From positions 2,095 to 66,094 of the forward strand of contig JAGCUY010000070.1 in the NCBI GenBank assembly GCA_017962605.1: a stretch of 64,000 nt of DNA, read 5' to 3'. The position numbers and the translations under genes are program-made. The stretch comes from Kiritimatiellia bacterium. Lineage in GTDB: Bacteria; Verrucomicrobiota; Kiritimatiellia; RFP12; JAAYLN01. Below are positions 63,730 to 64,000 of the stretch, in pieces. The notes beneath the pieces are model-generated. The model made no database searches. It was not told where the DNA came from and was given only the letters and a program-made list of their open reading frames with translations. Position 1 is the stretch's first letter. The number at the start of each line of letters is the position of its first letter.

Positions 63730-64000
63730 TCAAATGCCGAGGTTTGGCAGGGCGGCCTGGAATGAGGCTGCCGTGAGGCCGCGCAGGAGGATGCGCTTGT
63801 GCTTCGAAGTGGCGCCGCCCTTGATTTCAGCGGCGGACTTGGGGATTCCGAAGATGCGGGCAAGGGTCTCCGTAAGTTCCTTGTTGGCCTTGCCTTCGAC
63901 GGGCGCGGCCTTGATGCGGACCTTCAGCGCCTCGTCGCCGTAGAGGCCGTCAATGCCTGCTGTCGATGAGCGCGGAACGGCCTTGACGCTGACGACTACG
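63730..64000 (-). CDS. YggU/DUF167-family protein, 5'-truncated by window end
   Basis: Minus-strand translation ...LKVRIKAAPVEGKANKELTETLARIFGIPKSAAEIKGGATSKHKRILLRGLTAASFQAALPNLGI* matches the DUF167 pattern. Stop at 63730-63732. Confidence 0.5.
   Translation of the reverse strand, partial: VVVSVKAVPRSSTAGIDGLYGDEALKVRIKAAPVEGKANKELTETLARIFGIPKSAAEIKGGATSKHKRILLRGLTAASFQAALPNLGI

Noticed and set aside
1-64000. Prophage or conjugative element
   Set aside because: No integrase, terminase, capsid, relaxase or T4SS genes recognised anywhere in the window. The only compositional anomaly is the defence island.

Overview
This is a high-GC (roughly 62-64% by eye) bacterial chromosomal segment, and most of it is ordinary housekeeping. 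The genes I can support include: an LPS/glycan-type cluster (GT4 glycosyltransferase, Kdo/WaaP-family kinase fused to a DUF1796 domain, GT90 glycosyltransferase, Cof-type HAD hydrolase); pyrK-pyrD; a dCMP deaminase; a proline/sodium symporter; a SNF2 helicase; rimO; a RodZ-like HTH protein; ftsK; gltX; a DegT-family aminotransferase; an FHA / PEGA / tandem-AAA+ cluster; gltD-like and purF-like genes; pyrG; glnK-amt with a sigma54-like promoter; korDAB-type 2-oxoacid:ferredoxin oxidoreductase genes; a UPF0237/UPF0210 pair; several large membrane proteins.

The main exception is an island of about 9.2 kb at roughly 16.14-25.26 kb with clearly lower GC (about 40% by eye). It carries five tightly packed, co-directional minus-strand genes, in transcription order:
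- a small ABC/AAA_15-21-type ATPase and an unknown 402-aa partner, sharing a GTGA start/stop overlap;
- a 900-aa alpha-helical/TPR-like protein with a C-terminal cold-shock-like OB domain;
- a 153-nt GC-rich, hairpin-containing spacer;
- a 612-aa reverse transcriptase with all canonical RT motifs but long N- and C-terminal extensions;
- a RecD/Pif1-like SF1B helicase separated from the RT by only 2 nt.
Immediately upstream, on the same strand, sit a CARF-domain protein and a DUF4143 AAA+ ATPase. There is no intron, retron-like, or DGR context and no CRISPR array. I read the island as a horizontally acquired, probably undescribed RT-based defence system (RT + SF1 helicase + TPR/CSD effector, possibly with an ncRNA) next to a PARIS/Septu-like ATPase pair and a CARF sensor.

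Secondary observations:
- A GC-rich hairpin element (GGCGCGGTT-TGAAG-AACCGCGCC) is inserted in frame, in one orientation, into three unrelated genes (rimO, rodZ-like, ftsK). In each it encodes the identical peptide SRPVGAVLQTAPATA. It is accompanied by tandem Pro/Ser-rich coding repeats.
- A degenerate 24-bp tandem array sits in a convergent intergenic region.
- Genome-specific families of 7-8-nt tandem repeats and REP-like palindromes occupy many intergenic spacers.

All coordinates come from the supplied ORF track plus my own reading. Motif-level assignments are from memory, not searches.
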